Notes: a model not told the origin generated them from the letters alone. A stretch of DNA of 63,601 nucleotides, filler included, from Octopus bimaculoides (GCF_001194135.2; 6 parts of 6 records of this genome joined end to end with filler, not necessarily neighbours in it); one strand, 5' to 3'; numbered from the whole stretch's first letter, positions 1-12,782 are shown. Numbers and translations are program-made.

Positions 1-1049
1 TCATCTGTTGGATGATAAAAAAGTTATAGTGAGACAAATACAGGTGTCTTACTGTAGAGGAAGTACAAGATTAACTGGCCGGAGAGAGAAAGATCAGGAA
101 TGAAGACAGAAACAGGCGTGCTACCACAAAGAAAATACACGGTTGCCCAACTTGAGGGAAGTGCAGAAGAAGGAGAGAGAGTGGGGTTCAGCAAAATGCC
201 AGGCATACTCACAAGGAACAATGATCAGAATATAAATATGATGGTTGAATAAAGGAAGAGAGAGATATAGATGGTGGCTTACCCTTGAGATTCAAATGCT
301 ATAATGTAAGTGGCAGGATATTGCAAAGTGAGTGTAATTAAAGAGTGGGAGTAAGTGGCAAAAAGACCTGGGTATGTATGGAGTTGTTGGGGTTACCGGA
401 TGGCAACAATACAGAGGAACAGGGGTGTGAGGACAGGCATAGTATATGAAGGAGTTACCTGGGGGTGGAACACACAAGTCGGGGGTGGGGGCAAACAGAT
501 AGATGGTAGAGTGAGACAGGGCATGTGGGTAGAACATACAAGTCAGGGGGCGAGCGAAGAGTAATGATACAGTGGTACAAGACCAAGAGGACAGGATTGT
601 GGAGTGGGAGGTAATCAAATTACATGAAGCAGAAATGTGAGGAAGAGAAGAGATGTAGACGTTGTTTGATTTGTTGTGGTAGAGTGTGTGAGAAGTTTTC
701 TTGTTAAGTGTGGGTGGGACACACCACGCTTCTAGAACTCAGTTTCACTGATGTGGGCGGGTCTTCTCAAGAACTTCATATCGACAGACATCTTGGTTCA
801 GTGTCATTTCCTTCCTGAAGCCCAACTTCCTTACCACTTACCCACCCTTTACCTGCATACACTTACTGTTGACCCCCTCCCTTCCATCTCTCACTCTTTT
901 GCAATCTTGTAACTTATCCATCCACTCACCCTATTAAATTCCCTCTACCACTCCACTTATATACAACTCCCTTTAACTTGAGTGTATGCCATGTCACATC
1001 ACCATCTCTCTTCCTCCCTCCCCCCTCTCTCTCTCTCCAACTGGAGTAG

Positions 1050-1382
1050 CCATGTATTTCATCTACTGCAAGCCACCTGTTTCTTTCCATCTACCATACT
1101 CTAACATCTGACACAACACTTCCTCCCTCAATACTACTCCTCCTTAAATGAGAGGTGGCTCAGTCAGCTTGCCTTGCAAGTTACTTGGTGACCTCACTAC
1201 TGCTGGTGCCATATTAAAAGCACCCAGTATACTCTGTAAATGGCATCCAGCTGGGAAAACCATGCCAATGCAGACAGTAGATCTTAGTGCAATTTTCTAA
1301 TTTGCCTGCTCCTGTCAAACTGTCCAACCCATGTCTGCATGGAAAGAGAACATTAAATATCGATGATGATGATGATGATGAT
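1050..1382 (+). mobile_element. SINE-like family A copy, (GAT)n tail
   Basis: Shares AAAAGCACC...GGCATCCAGCTG...GTCCAACCCATG...GGAAA...TTAAA(TGA)n with copies at 4790, 7519, 14270, 31941 and 32817. Its 5' part also matches 24-220 (minus strand). Confidence 0.8.
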
Positions 1383-1423
1383 TATAGATGTATGTTTGTG
1401 TATATACATATATGTATGTGTGT

Positions 1424-1461
<38 letters not shown>

Positions 1462-1958
1462 GTGTGTGTGTATATATATATATGTGTGTATATATATGTG
1501 TGTGTGTGTGTGTATCCTATATATATATATATAAGTTAATTAGAAGGATGATTACATCCAAGAAAACACTGGTTCTCCACCTAATATCTTTATTTTTATT
1601 GTATTTTACTTTTTATACTATTTTATTTTATTCTACCTTATTTATTTTACTTTATTTCTTATATTCAAATTAATCCATTAACCCTCACGCACACACAAAA
1701 ACAAAAATAAAATAACTCCATCTATTTAGTCTGTTGGTATGAATTAAGAGGTCAACATGTAATCTTTTATTGTATATCTTTTTCCCTGATGATATTTTGT
1801 TCATATCTTATAAATGCAAATTTAAAACATAAATTTGTAATTTATTTAATGAGCACGAATGGAAACAGCTGTGGGAAGTAAGAATTATAAATTTATTAAT
1901 AAATAATTATTAACTTTCAACTCTCCATTTTCTTTACTTCTATTAATTGAATACGGAT

Positions 1959-2000
<42 letters not shown>

Positions 2001-2002
2001 CA

Positions 2003-2049
<47 letters not shown>

Positions 2050-2131
2050 NNNNNNNNNNNNNNNNNNNNNNNNNNNNNNNNNNNNNNNNNNNNNNNNNNN
2101 NNNNNNNNNNNNNNNNNNNNNNNNNNNATAT

Positions 2132-2429
2132 ATAAAAATCCAAATTGAGGGAATGGAGCAGGTAAAATCCAGGCTACATATGTTTCCTAGCTAGCAGAAC
2201 CACAGAAGTAATAATTACGCAACAAGGGGTATTCCACTAGCTATCTTTGGTGAGTTAACTTCGATTTTCTTAATGACAGTGTGACATTCATTTCACTAAA
2301 GTATCTTCGGTCTGATGAGTAGCTAGTAAAATATTTGTCATTGCATAATTATTACTTCCGAGGTTTCACTGGCTAGGAAACATGTAGCCTTGATTTTACC
2401 TGCTCCATTCCCTCAATCTGGATTTTTAT
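2132..2429. mobile_element. MITE/foldback element with ~90-bp terminal inverted repeats
   Basis: ATAAAAATCCA(A/G)ATTGAGGGAATGGAGCAGGTAAAATC.AGGCTACAT..GTTTCCTAGC at both ends in inverted orientation. Confidence 0.8.
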
Positions 2430-2675
2430 TTGCATTCATAACAACCCTAGTTGCTAACCGTGAACTATAAAAAAACATTTTTCAGCTTATCAAACTTCAA
2501 TATGGAAAAACCTACAGTTTTCTATGCTAATAAACTATTATTGTTCCTGAAAGTGGTTTTTTGTACCTACTATGGATGGCTCGAAGCTTACTAACTTCTA
2601 CACCTAGATCCTTGGATCTTACAATGACATATCATTATGTGTGTGTGTGTGTGTGTGTGTGTATTGAACAGGATA

Positions 2676-2902
2676 AGTACCAAGCAGTGATTAGGCATAA
2701 GTAAATTTTAGGTTAGTTAAGATATGTTTGTGACAAATTTCAACTTCTAAAGGCAAATTCAGTGCAGTTACTGTGGAGAAGAAATTCTCTCTTATGGTAA
2801 AAGGTATAAAAACACCTTATCTTCAGATACCAAGTAGAAATATGTCACAAACATATTTTAACTAACCTAAACTTTACTTATGTCTAAACACTGCTTGGTG
2901 CT
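2676..2902. mobile_element. MITE with ~65-bp TIRs
   Basis: ACCAAGCAGTG.TTAG.CATAAGTAAA.TTTAGGTTAGTTAA.ATATGTTTGTGACA at both ends, inverted. Confidence 0.8.
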
Positions 2903-2924
2903 GATACTGCTGCCTAAATATATG

Positions 2925-3297
2925 TCATCGATATCATCATCAAAATCCCTTAACTGATGCAGCCAGTCATTGGGGTGCCACTCTAGACACTTTCATAGTT
3001 AGCTGTCTCACCATTGGTTTCCTTTCTCTGTCATGTGTAACAGGTTCACTATCCAGTCCTTGATGTTGTCAAACCAGGATTTTCTCTGTCTGACTCTCTT
3101 TTGTCCTCTGTCAACTGTGCTCTGAAGAATGGTTTTGGACAGTGAGCTGTGGTGAGATACCTGACCATACCAGGCAAGCTTTCATCTTTTTATCTGTGCA
3201 AGGAGTGGTTCTTGTTAGCGCATGTATTTGTTGACTTACTGCTTGACTAAATAGGATGTGTAATAGCCTTCTGAAGCACTTGTGCTCAAATGCCTGG

Positions 3298-3300
<3 letters not shown>
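2925..3300 (-). mobile_element. RTE-clade LINE 3' fragment
   Basis: Minus strand reads IQAFEHKCFRRLL...KLAWYGQVSHHSSLSKTILQSTVDRGQKRVRQRKSWFDNIKDW, typical of the RTE ORF C-terminus; (GAT)-like tail near 2930. Confidence 0.8.

Positions 3301-3382
<82 letters not shown>
3300..3382. repeat. (CT)n microsatellite
   Basis: Uninterrupted TC tract. Confidence 0.95.
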
Positions 3383-3384
<2 letters not shown>

Positions 3385-4789
3385 TCATGTTTCACCATCT
3401 AAAGTAGAGGCAACAATGTGTACATAAAAAAAGATCTAACCATCTTATATCTATAAATAAAAGTCTAGTTTAGAAGATATTAATTAGAACTCAAACCTTT
3501 AAGCTAATGCAACAATTTTCAATGGTAATGCAGATTATTATAATGGGACTTTGAGTGGAAGCGGATGTGAGAAAAAATAACCTGTATACATTATATGAAA
3601 CTGAAATATGCCCTCAATGGGGTAAATGTTCCTACTAGCATTATTTAAATAAAACAGTGAGGTACTGAGGTGTGGCACTAGTGGGGTACTGAGGTGTGGC
3701 ACTAGAAGCCATCAAATGAGAGATTAAGAGTTGAATAAGGACAAGTGATGGCCAGTCCACCTGACCATCCCTGCAAAGTACAGCTGCCAGACACCAAAGT
3801 TACTACTTATATTCAGAACCCCCTTTACACCTGACATGCTTGTACTTGTTTGTGTATGAGTGTGTGTGTGTAAGTGAATTTAGTGTTTAATTCCCATCAC
3901 ATGCCTGATAACTGATGTTCATCTGTATACATCTTTGTAACTTAGTGGTCTGGCAAAAGAGATTGGTTTAATAAGTACCAGACTTCAAAAATTAGTACTG
4001 GGGTCAATTTGTTTGGTTAAACACTTTGAGGTTTTTCCCCCCAGCTTGGCCAAATGAGTAAGAGAGAAAGAATGTGTATGTATGTATATATGTGGTGTTT
4101 TTTTGTTTATGTTATACAAATGTAAATGTTGTGCTGCAAGTTTTCTTCTGTTGCTTTTTCATTTGTACTTTCTTTTATTTGGTCTTTCAGAAAACTGTTT
4201 TTTCTTTATTCATGAGAATGGTGTCTTCAAAGATTTAGGCATTTGGTCTAAATCTTGTAAAATATTGACTTGAAAGAAGAAAAGTTGAAACATACAACTA
4301 GATTCTAGAGTAAGTAAAGGTAATGTTGTATTGAATCAAATTGCATGGACATAGATAATTTGTTTTGTTTTTTTGTCATTAACTCTTAAAGACCTATACT
4401 GCTGATGTTCACAACTATCACCAAATCCTGAACTGCATGAAACCACTTTTGAAATAGTGTTGTTGTTTAAGCGCCCTTCTGTGTAAGAAATAAAGTTTAG
4501 TCATGTTTCAGAAAGAAATTCCTGTCAGAAAATTACCTGTTTGCACCAAATGCAGTTATTTTCTTGTATTTTATCAAATATTTCCAGATCTTCCCTTTCT
4601 ATGATTTTCGAGCATAATAGCCTTTCTCTGTGACTAGGTAACCAAGTATCTCCTTTACATCAGCATGCCTGTTTCTCTCCTCTTTCTTGTACTTCTCTTC
4701 CCCCTCTTCCTTTTTCTCTCTCTCTCTCTTCCTCTCACACTCTCCCTCTCTCTTTTTTTCTCTTCTCTCTCTCTTTCTCTTTGTCTTTT

Positions 4790-5243
4790 TCTTGTTGGGT
4801 AATGTGTACCTTCTCTATAGCAAGACACCTATTTCTGCCTCTCTATCTTTCTGTCACACTAACTTTTCATCCTCTAACAGAAGTTCCCCTCCTCAAATGC
4901 CACTCTCAAAGTTCCTTGTCTTGTGAGTTACTTGGTGACCCTGCCAGTGTTGGTGCCATGTAAAAAACACCCAGTCCACACTATAAAGTAGTTGGCATAT
5001 GAAAGGGCATCCAGCTGTAAAAATCATGCCAAAACTAACCTCGCCTGTGCTAGTGCCATGTAAAAAGCACTGAGTCCACTCTGCTGAGTGGTTGATGTTA
5101 GGAAGGGCATCCAGTCATAAAAACCCTACCAAAACAGACACAGTAGCCTGGGGTATTCTTCTACCTGGCCGGCTCCTGTCAACCATCCTACCCATGCATG
5201 CATGGAAGACAGATGTTAAACTATGATAATGATGATGATGATG
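4790..5243 (+). mobile_element. SINE-like family A copy with internal duplication
   Basis: Same motifs as 1050-1382; the GTGCCATGTAAAAA...GAAGGGCATCCAG block occurs twice; (GAT)n tail. Confidence 0.8.
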
Positions 5244-5440
5244 AATAGCAGTTAATACTTAAAGTGGTGAAATAGAATTTGGTGATTTATTTATGATTTA
5301 ACTGGGAAATTGTTGACTATGAATCAATATCTTGTAAATATATATGAAAACAATTATGTGTAATCAGCATCTCACTATTAAAACTACCTTAGAAGAGTAA
5401 AGGACATGACAACAGATTAAACCACACTCAGAACATACAG

Positions 5441-5484
5441 TTTACTGATATGATATGATGGATCCATCATATCATATCAGTAAA
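5441..5484. repeat. perfect 44-bp palindrome
   Basis: TTTACTGATATGATATGATGGA|TCCATCATATCATATCAGTAAA, checked base by base. Confidence 0.95.
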
Positions 5485-5605
5485 TTTCATCTAAATTCAT
5501 GCAATAGTTATTTTTCTATGATTTTCATACTGAACTCTCTGTAGTTTGCCAAGTGTCTAGTTTCAAACATGATTGACAGATTTATATAGGGAGAGTACTA
5601 TAGAA

Positions 5606-5828
5606 CTTAAAGCATTTAAATCAGCCATACCTAGCCAAAATATTCTACCTGTTTTATGCTCAAACTGGCCAGATCTGGCCTCTTACACCAACCTTTCAAC
5701 ATCATTCTAAAAATTAACAGTTAGCTCATCAAAATCTCAAAGCCACAAAATAATGCATGGTCAACTCAAAACAATGTGAATAAATAAGCATTACTTTTGA
5801 CAGAATAATCTGAATGCTAAAAGGTTAA
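5606..5828. mobile_element. TTAA-flanked piggyBac-like MITE relic
   Basis: Ends TTAAAGCATT... and ...AATGCTAAAAGGTTAA; the left TIR is degenerate. Confidence 0.45.
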
Positions 5829-6754
5829 GAGTTAATGTTTGATTCATCTTTGTTTTAGTATTCAAATGTAAATTTCATGTGTGTAAGTTCTGGGAACATT
5901 TTTCATTTCATATACCTCAATATATGTCTTATTTTAGTAGGGAAGATGCATACACTAGTGGATAGAAATTTCCTGTATATCAATGATATTAATCCCTTAT
6001 CCCTTTTTTAAGGGATTTTGAAGCAAATTTTTCCCAGAAGCTTTTTGAAATTACAATGTAGAAGGATGAAATGAAATACTTAAGGCTTTTTTTTTTATAA
6101 CACCACAATTATCCAAAGTTCTTGAAAATTAAACATATCTTTAGTTGAGCTATAAAATGTGTGTAAACACTTTTCAAAGTTTGAGAAATAATTTAAGAAA
6201 TCAAAATTAAGAATAATAAAGATGACTGAACTAGTAGAAAACAGAACTGGAGTCTTTACTTTCAGTAGTTCAATAGCTTACTGTGTGTTTAAATTTTACA
6301 TTAACTCTACTTTTCAATCCTTCGTAAGTATATTGAAGCTCTCTCCACTACGAAATATCCAACTTCTTATCTAAAAGGAATCTGTACTAAACATGCTTAA
6401 AAAGTAAAAATAGAAAACAAAAATTTAGTTACAAGAAAGTTGCATGTGATAAATTAAAATCTAAGGATATAAAAAAGATTATTATAGATGATAAATATGA
6501 GTGCTAAGGAAAAGGAACTTTACAAATACTTTTTCTTTTCTCTTTGTTAATGTTCTGTTAAACTGACAACTGTATGGATGGAGTTTAGTAGACAAGCATG
6601 ATATTACATAATGTGTTATTTCTGAGTATGCATGCACACATACACTCACTCTCTTCAATTATATATACATTATTTTAATCTTAATTGAAGCCATTCATGT
6701 AATATTGAACTGCTGCCTATTACTCTATTGCACTCACTTCCAATATCTCAAAGG

Positions 6755-7890
6755 TAGTGGAAAAGGTCATGAACAATGACTTTTAACACTTTGAAGCTTT
6801 TGCTCTTTTTAACAACTTACTGGTATGATTTCCATAAAGCCAAATCCACTAGTGACTTATTCTTCTATGGCATCTGTCAATGAGCTCTTGCCTTTCAGAA
6901 ATTTGTTGAGAGCAACAGCATTGCTCTCAACAAATCTCAGCTGTCTGGCTTGCAAATTTCTTAACAAAATGAGGCTGAACCCCTCTCTCATTTCTTGGAT
7001 CAGTAGCTTCCTCTCAGATTCCACTATTGTACATGTGTTGACAGAACTCTTTCTGTTCCTCATTCTATCATATCAGATATGCTCCAGTTTTCAGTTTTGT
7101 CTCTCACTCTCTTCCTTCAGGACATCAATAACAACAATGCTACTCTTGTGCACGTTATTCTGTCCTTCATTTCTACCTCGCCTTTACCAGTCGTACATGA
7201 TCCACTCACAACCTGAGCACCACACCACACCCTCACCAATTCTATGAACAAAAACCTCAGAAACATCCTCCAACATGGAGATGCCAATGTTTTGTATCTT
7301 TCAATAACAAGAAAAAACAACCACTACTCATTAAGAAAAAATCATCATATTATACGCTATCTTAAAATATGAAGTACCCTAAATGATACGCCTTACTGTC
7401 ACCAAGGATCTCTTCTGGTGAAAGCACATTGTTTATAAACACCAAAAAATACTTCAACCTCCAGCAATTATTGATACTCTACAGAGCTCAGGTGAGGCCC
7501 ACAATGGAATATTGCTCTCACGGCACGTAAAAAGCACCCACAACACTCTCGAAGTGGTTGGCATTAGGAAGGGCATCCAGCTGTAGAAACTCTGCCAGAT
7601 CAGATTGGAGTTTGGTGTAGCCATCTGGTTCGCCAGTCGCCAGTCAAATCGTCCAACCCATGCTAGCATGGAAAGCGGACGTTAAATGATGATGATGATC
7701 TGTGACAGTGCTGCTGATTTCACACAGACTTCGTAGACTGTATCTGGAAAAAGGCTGTCCAACTGATTAGAATAAAGTCACTCACAGACATGCTGCAGCC
7801 TCTAGCTTATAAGCATGTTGTCTCTTTTCAGTTTTTTTTTATACTGTTACTATAATGGTCTCTGCCCTTTGAAACTGGCTCTGGTCGTAC
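6755..7890 (+). mobile_element. CR1/L2-type LINE reverse-transcriptase relic
   Basis: Frameshifted peptides SKVVEKVMNN, PSLISWISSFLSD, QLLILYRAQVRPTMEYCSH, KKAVQLI...LQPLAYK, FYCYYNGLC; interrupted by SINE A. Confidence 0.8.
7519..7699 (+). mobile_element. SINE-like family A copy inserted into a CR1/L2-like LINE
   Basis: Family A motifs plus (GAT)n tail; LINE protein similarity continues on both sides. Confidence 0.8.
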
Positions 7891-7949
7891 CAATGCCACT
7901 CAGACATTATTTCCCACCTCATCATGCCTCCTCTTCATCATCTTTGTTG

Positions 7950-8180
7950 TATTCACTGCCTCCACCTCAGTCCTTGCAGTAATCACTACAACCAATCTCT
8001 CCTTCCTATAATATCAGCATTCTGTAACCTCCACTCTGCTCATGTCTTTCTGCAGTGTTGACTTTCAATGATTTATGATGAACATTAATGACATCACTCT
8101 TCCTACAATCTCCTTAGCATCAAAGACCATGGGTACTACTCCTTCCTCCATACACAGCAAATTAAAAAAATGGAAATTTT
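7950..8180 (-). mobile_element. possible RTE-type RT fragment
   Basis: Minus-strand LLCMEEGVVPM resembles the pre-RT segment of RTE ORFs; heavily degraded. Confidence 0.35.
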
Positions 8181-8868
8181 TCAAATCTGAAAGGTAGAGA
8201 AGAAGAAAGAAAGTATGGTTGCAATGTGGTTGAACTTGAACGCAATAGTCAGAAAAATACAAAATGCGGAATAGCTTAAAAATGGAAGGAAAACTTTTTC
8301 ATGAATATTTTGAATTTGAGTTACAATATGATTTTCCTTGATTTGAAATATACATTATCAAAAAATATAATTTACTCTGCTACTAAATATTGAACTGGTT
8401 TAAAGTGTGAACAACAGACATAAAATATGTGTTCCAAATGTACCATTAATGATCCATTGTGTTTTTATTGCAACTAACTAGTTAAGCAGTCGGAGAGAGA
8501 TTCCTCTATTCAGTAGTAAGATCAAAGTCTGTGGCTGGAAGAAAGACTTCTTACAATTTATGTGTATTGGAACCACCCAACCTGCACAGTCATCCAACTT
8601 ATGGTTGCACCTGCAAACTGTGAATAGTAAAATAAATTTTCCATCCATTTTGTTATGTTGAGATGTATTGAGTGGTTTTGCTTGTTCATATATTTGCATA
8701 AATTGTTGGAAGCAGCCTTTTATAGGTGGATATTTTGAATATACAGTAGTGAGAGAATTACGTAAACAAGGTTGTACAGATATGCTGTACAACCCCTTTT
8801 TACTATTTACCTTTGTCCAAGTCCATTGGAAGAGTGAAATTAGCATTTCAAATATTTATTACTTACAG

Positions 8869-8889
8869 CTGTCTTACAGAAACCTAAAG
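8869..8889 (+). CDS. possible 21-nt micro-exon of the zinc-finger gene (AVLQKPK)
   Basis: ttattacttacag|CTGTCTTACAGAAACCTAAAG|gtagac; phase 1-1 and in frame with the TAG acceptor at 9667. Splice signals only. Confidence 0.25.
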
Positions 8890-9669
8890 GTAGACAAATT
8901 GAGAGAGAGAGAGAACTGTCTTGATCATAAACACATGGCAGTGTTAATGATGAGATATAAATCATTGATGCTAAGGAGATATAGATTATAGATTAACATC
9001 TAATTGCCTCAACCAAAATAGTAAACCTGTTCTGAACATCAATATCTTTAATGCCTTTTAATTTTATGTTTTATCTAACATTTGCAGTTAGCCATATGAG
9101 TAGCAATAACTTTTTATTTTTATAAAATTACAAGTAGGTAGACATGGTAAATTTGAGTGATATATTTGAAGTCATAATGCAGTGGTTATGAGAAAATGGG
9201 CTGGACTTATCCTGTCTATCTTTTATGTACATAATAGTTTAAAAACAAAATGATCTTTTTGACATTTGTATATCTAATTTGTTTGATCTTAGTATATTAT
9301 TCTTTGATTCCCTCTCCTTCCTGATTATGAAGTTTCTACTTTTATCTGTCCATTAATTTCATCTCCATGTAAGATTGTCATTTAAAATGCCAGCTCTTTA
9401 TTGGCTTGAAAGGTTGATAAATTGTCAAACTTCTTCAATGTTTGAAGGAAAACTGAGCACTACTGACCATATGACCTGGCAGAAAAGGTATCATAAATGA
9501 TAAAAATCAATTGAAAATTTGATTTACACAGTAACAATAGTGAGAGAGAGGAGGGGAGGGAATTTCATCAGAATCATGTTCCTGAAATTTGAATTTTCCT
9601 GTATTTCTTTAACTGAAGTCTCTTTGTCTGAAATAATATTTATGCTATTAATCTTTCTTTAAGTTAGCT

Positions 9670-10386
9670 ATGTACAGACCTGAAGATAAAGCAACACATG
9701 CTTGTGACATATGTGGCAAAACATTTGATAGGTATGCTCAGCTGAAGCGCCATAAGAAGAACAACCATCCAGAGATGTCTCCAGCCGTTCCAGATAAGAT
9801 ATTTCACTGCACCCAGTGTGACAAAAGTTTCTCACAACGAACCAATTTAAAAACCCATGAACGCACACACACAGGAGAGAAACCGTTCCACTGCAATGTC
9901 TGCCAGGCATCTTTCACACAGAGAACCAACCTAAAGAATCATGAACGTGTTCACAGTGGTGAGAAACCTTTTGTGTGTGAAGTCTGTGAAAAAGCTTTCT
10001 CACAGCGGACCAATCTGAAGAACCATGAAAATATTCATACTGGATTTAAACCATTTGTTTGCAATGTCTGTTCAAAATCTTTTTCCCAGCGCACAAACCT
10101 CAAAATTCATCAACGTACACACAGTGGCGAAAAGCCATTCATATGTATGATTTGCAACAAAGCTTTTTCGCAGAAAGGAAATTTAAAGAGCCACATCAAA
10201 ACTCATTCTAACCGTGCTACCCTCTTCTGCAGAATTTGTCGAAAAGTGTTCCATCGCAAAGCATTGCTGAAGTGTCATGAGAAGACACATCAAACTGAAA
10301 GAATGCAATTAGATGCATGCAGCAACAGCGACAGCAGTGGCTCCCAATCAGAAGAAAATTCTTATTATGACAGTGAGCAGCAATAA
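9670..10386 (+). CDS. C2H2 zinc-finger protein, last coding exon (7 fingers, TGEKP-type linkers, acidic/Ser-rich tail)
   Basis: 238-aa ORF with seven C-x2-C-x12-H-x3/4-H motifs and HTGEKPF/HSGEKPF linkers, stop TAA at 10384-10386. An in-frame TAA at 9649-9651 and a pyrimidine tract ending in AAG/TTAG (9661-9667) indicate a 3' splice site, so upstream exons are likely (exon start 9664 or 9668). AATAAA at 10590-10595. Confidence 0.93.
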   Translation: MYRPEDKATHACDICGKTFDRYAQLKRHKKNNHPEMSPAVPDKIFHCTQCDKSFSQRTNLKTHERTHTGEKPFHCNVCQASFTQRTNLKNHERVHSGEKPFVCEVCEKAFSQRTNLKNHENIHTGFKPFVCNVCSKSFSQRTNLKIHQRTHSGEKPFICMICNKAFSQKGNLKSHIKTHSNRATLFCRICRKVFHRKALLKCHEKTHQTERMQLDACSNSDSSGSQSEENSYYDSEQQ

Positions 10387-12749
10387 CTACAAATTCAAAA
10401 CACAATCAATTTTTTTTATTTGCCCATTTTCATTGACAGCCGTATTTGTTCACATTTAAAAACATTTTGCAAACATCACTGATTGCCTTATCTAGATAAG
10501 CAACATTTCTTCTTAGACAATCTAATTGGCTGTTTTTTTTATTCTTTAAATGAACTACTTTTATTTTTTTCAATATCTCTCTTCAGTAAAATAAATATTT
10601 GGTAGTGCAAAATCAGCAAACAAGATAATAACAGCTAATGTTTCTTGTCAAACTCTTTAAAAAATTCTTTCACAAAACACTTTGTAAAAGGAAACAAATT
10701 TAAATATCTAAGATATTTAATATATTTAAGATATCAATATTAACTTATACATGTGTGTATATGTTAATAAAATTTAAAATATAGAACTAACTTATTTATG
10801 CATGCAAATATGTGTGTATATACTGTTTATTGTTTGCTCTTTGCAAAAGCAAATGAAAGGAAGGTATCGATTTTATCTGATATCAGGAATTCGGTTATAT
10901 ATATATTTTTTCCATAATGACTGTTTGATAGCTAAACCAAAGTTCTAAACTATTAATCTTATATTTTAAAATCTTAAATTAAACACACTGTTGTCTTAAA
11001 TTATAACAAAACAAGATTCATATTTATATTTGCTGGTGACTTTGAGCATTAATCTGTTTTTTAGCAAGTAATGTGAAATTGTTACTTTAACTTAAATTTC
11101 TTCTTGAGCAAACTTTACATTAAAGTAAACATACTCAAGTCCAGTTAAATTTCAAACAGTTATTCCTTCAATTTCTGAGCAAAGAGCTTTTACATATATA
11201 TATATATATATATATATATANNNNNNNNNNNNNNNNNNNNNNNNNNNNNNNNNNNNNNNNNNNNNNNNNNNNNNNNNNNNNNNNNNNNNNNNNNNNNNNN
11301 NNNNNNNNNNNNNNNNNNNNNNNNNNNNNNNNNNNNNNNNNNNNNNNNNNNNNNNNNNNNNNNNNNNNNNNNNNNNNNNNNNNNNNNNNNNNNNNNNNNN
11401 NNNNNNNNNNNNNNNNNNNNNNNNNNNNNNNNNNNNNNNNNNNNNNNNNNNNNNNNNNNNNNNNNNNNNNNNNNNNNNNNNNNNNNNNNNNNNNNNNNNN
11501 NNNNNNNNNNNNNNNNNNNNNNNNNNNNNNNNNNNNNNNNNNNNNNNNNNNNNNNNNNNNNNNNNNNNNNNNNNNNNNNNNNNNNNNNNNNNNNNNNNNN
11601 NNNNNNNNNNNNNNATTTTTTTTTTTTTTTTTTTTGTTTCATTTTTATGAATAAAGGTGTGCCTTTGTTGAAATCTTAATATTGTTTACGAGTTTTGTGT
11701 CAACTATTTACCAGTTTCAAAACAAGAAAGACATTTGATATGCAAGCCACAATAGTGGTACCAAGTTTACATTTTAAAACAAATGGTGGAAACAGTTTAT
11801 ATCTTTCGATTATATTTTCTGCTTCATATTCATTCAGGAAAACTTCTTTTATGCCAAATAATTTTTCAAACATTTACCTGTAATCTGGAAGAACTCAGAA
11901 AAATACCTAAACAAAAGGAAAGATTAGAAATAAGTAACAGTTGTAATTGCTTGAAGGTAGAAGAAACAAATTCCAAAAATTTATTCTAATAATAGTCAAC
12001 AAGTAAGAATATTTATCTGATGGATTTATAAAATTCTTCAGTAAAATCTCAAAAGTGTTATTATACATGCAAACATTATTTTTGATTTATTTTTAAACTT
12101 TGACTTTTGGTGTGGAGAAAGTTATAGTTGATTTCCTTGGCCTGTTGCTTAAAGAAGTTAATGCTTCATATCTTATTGAATGTTTTGTGATTTCCAAGAC
12201 AAAGACACTAACAGAGTTCATATAGCTGTGTATAGGTGCTCTGATGAAATACAGTTCATTGGAGGTAATTCCAGAACAAATCAGCCAGTTAAACTTAAAA
12301 AGTAACATATTTTCAGATGGACTGAAATGTGGCATGAGGATAGGTTTGGAGCTAAAACAATTCCCAAGATTTTAGCTAAATTTCATCAACTGTCCATAAC
12401 TTACCAGTGAAATCATTTTGAGATCAAATGTTGATCTTGCATTTTTCATACTATCATTACTTTCCCCTTTTAGTGAGCTATATAAAAGTATATATATCTA
12501 AAATTAGGTGTTCATATTGAAATACAGAAAGCCAAATACTACTGAAATCATGTTTTACCCTGTACAAAGGCCTATACACAATATGTTAAAATTGATTATA
12601 GCAGAGAAATGACAGATCAATGAATTTTCTAAAATTCAGTATTTGAGAAGTTAAATGGTCACTTCCGATATTAATTTATTTTTGAAATTTTCATTTTTTA
12701 TCCTGCATCAAAAACATTTTTGGAATCTACAGATTATATGATTTTATAT

Positions 12750-12782
<33 letters not shown>

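Noticed and set aside
3661-3705. 21-bp unit repeated with 24-bp period
   Set aside because: A simple local duplication with two units; no spacers, so not CRISPR-like.
8478-8991. Overlapping 122-aa (-) and 107-aa (+) ORFs
   Set aside because: No recognisable domain or bounding splice sites; consistent with chance ORFs or an old repeat.
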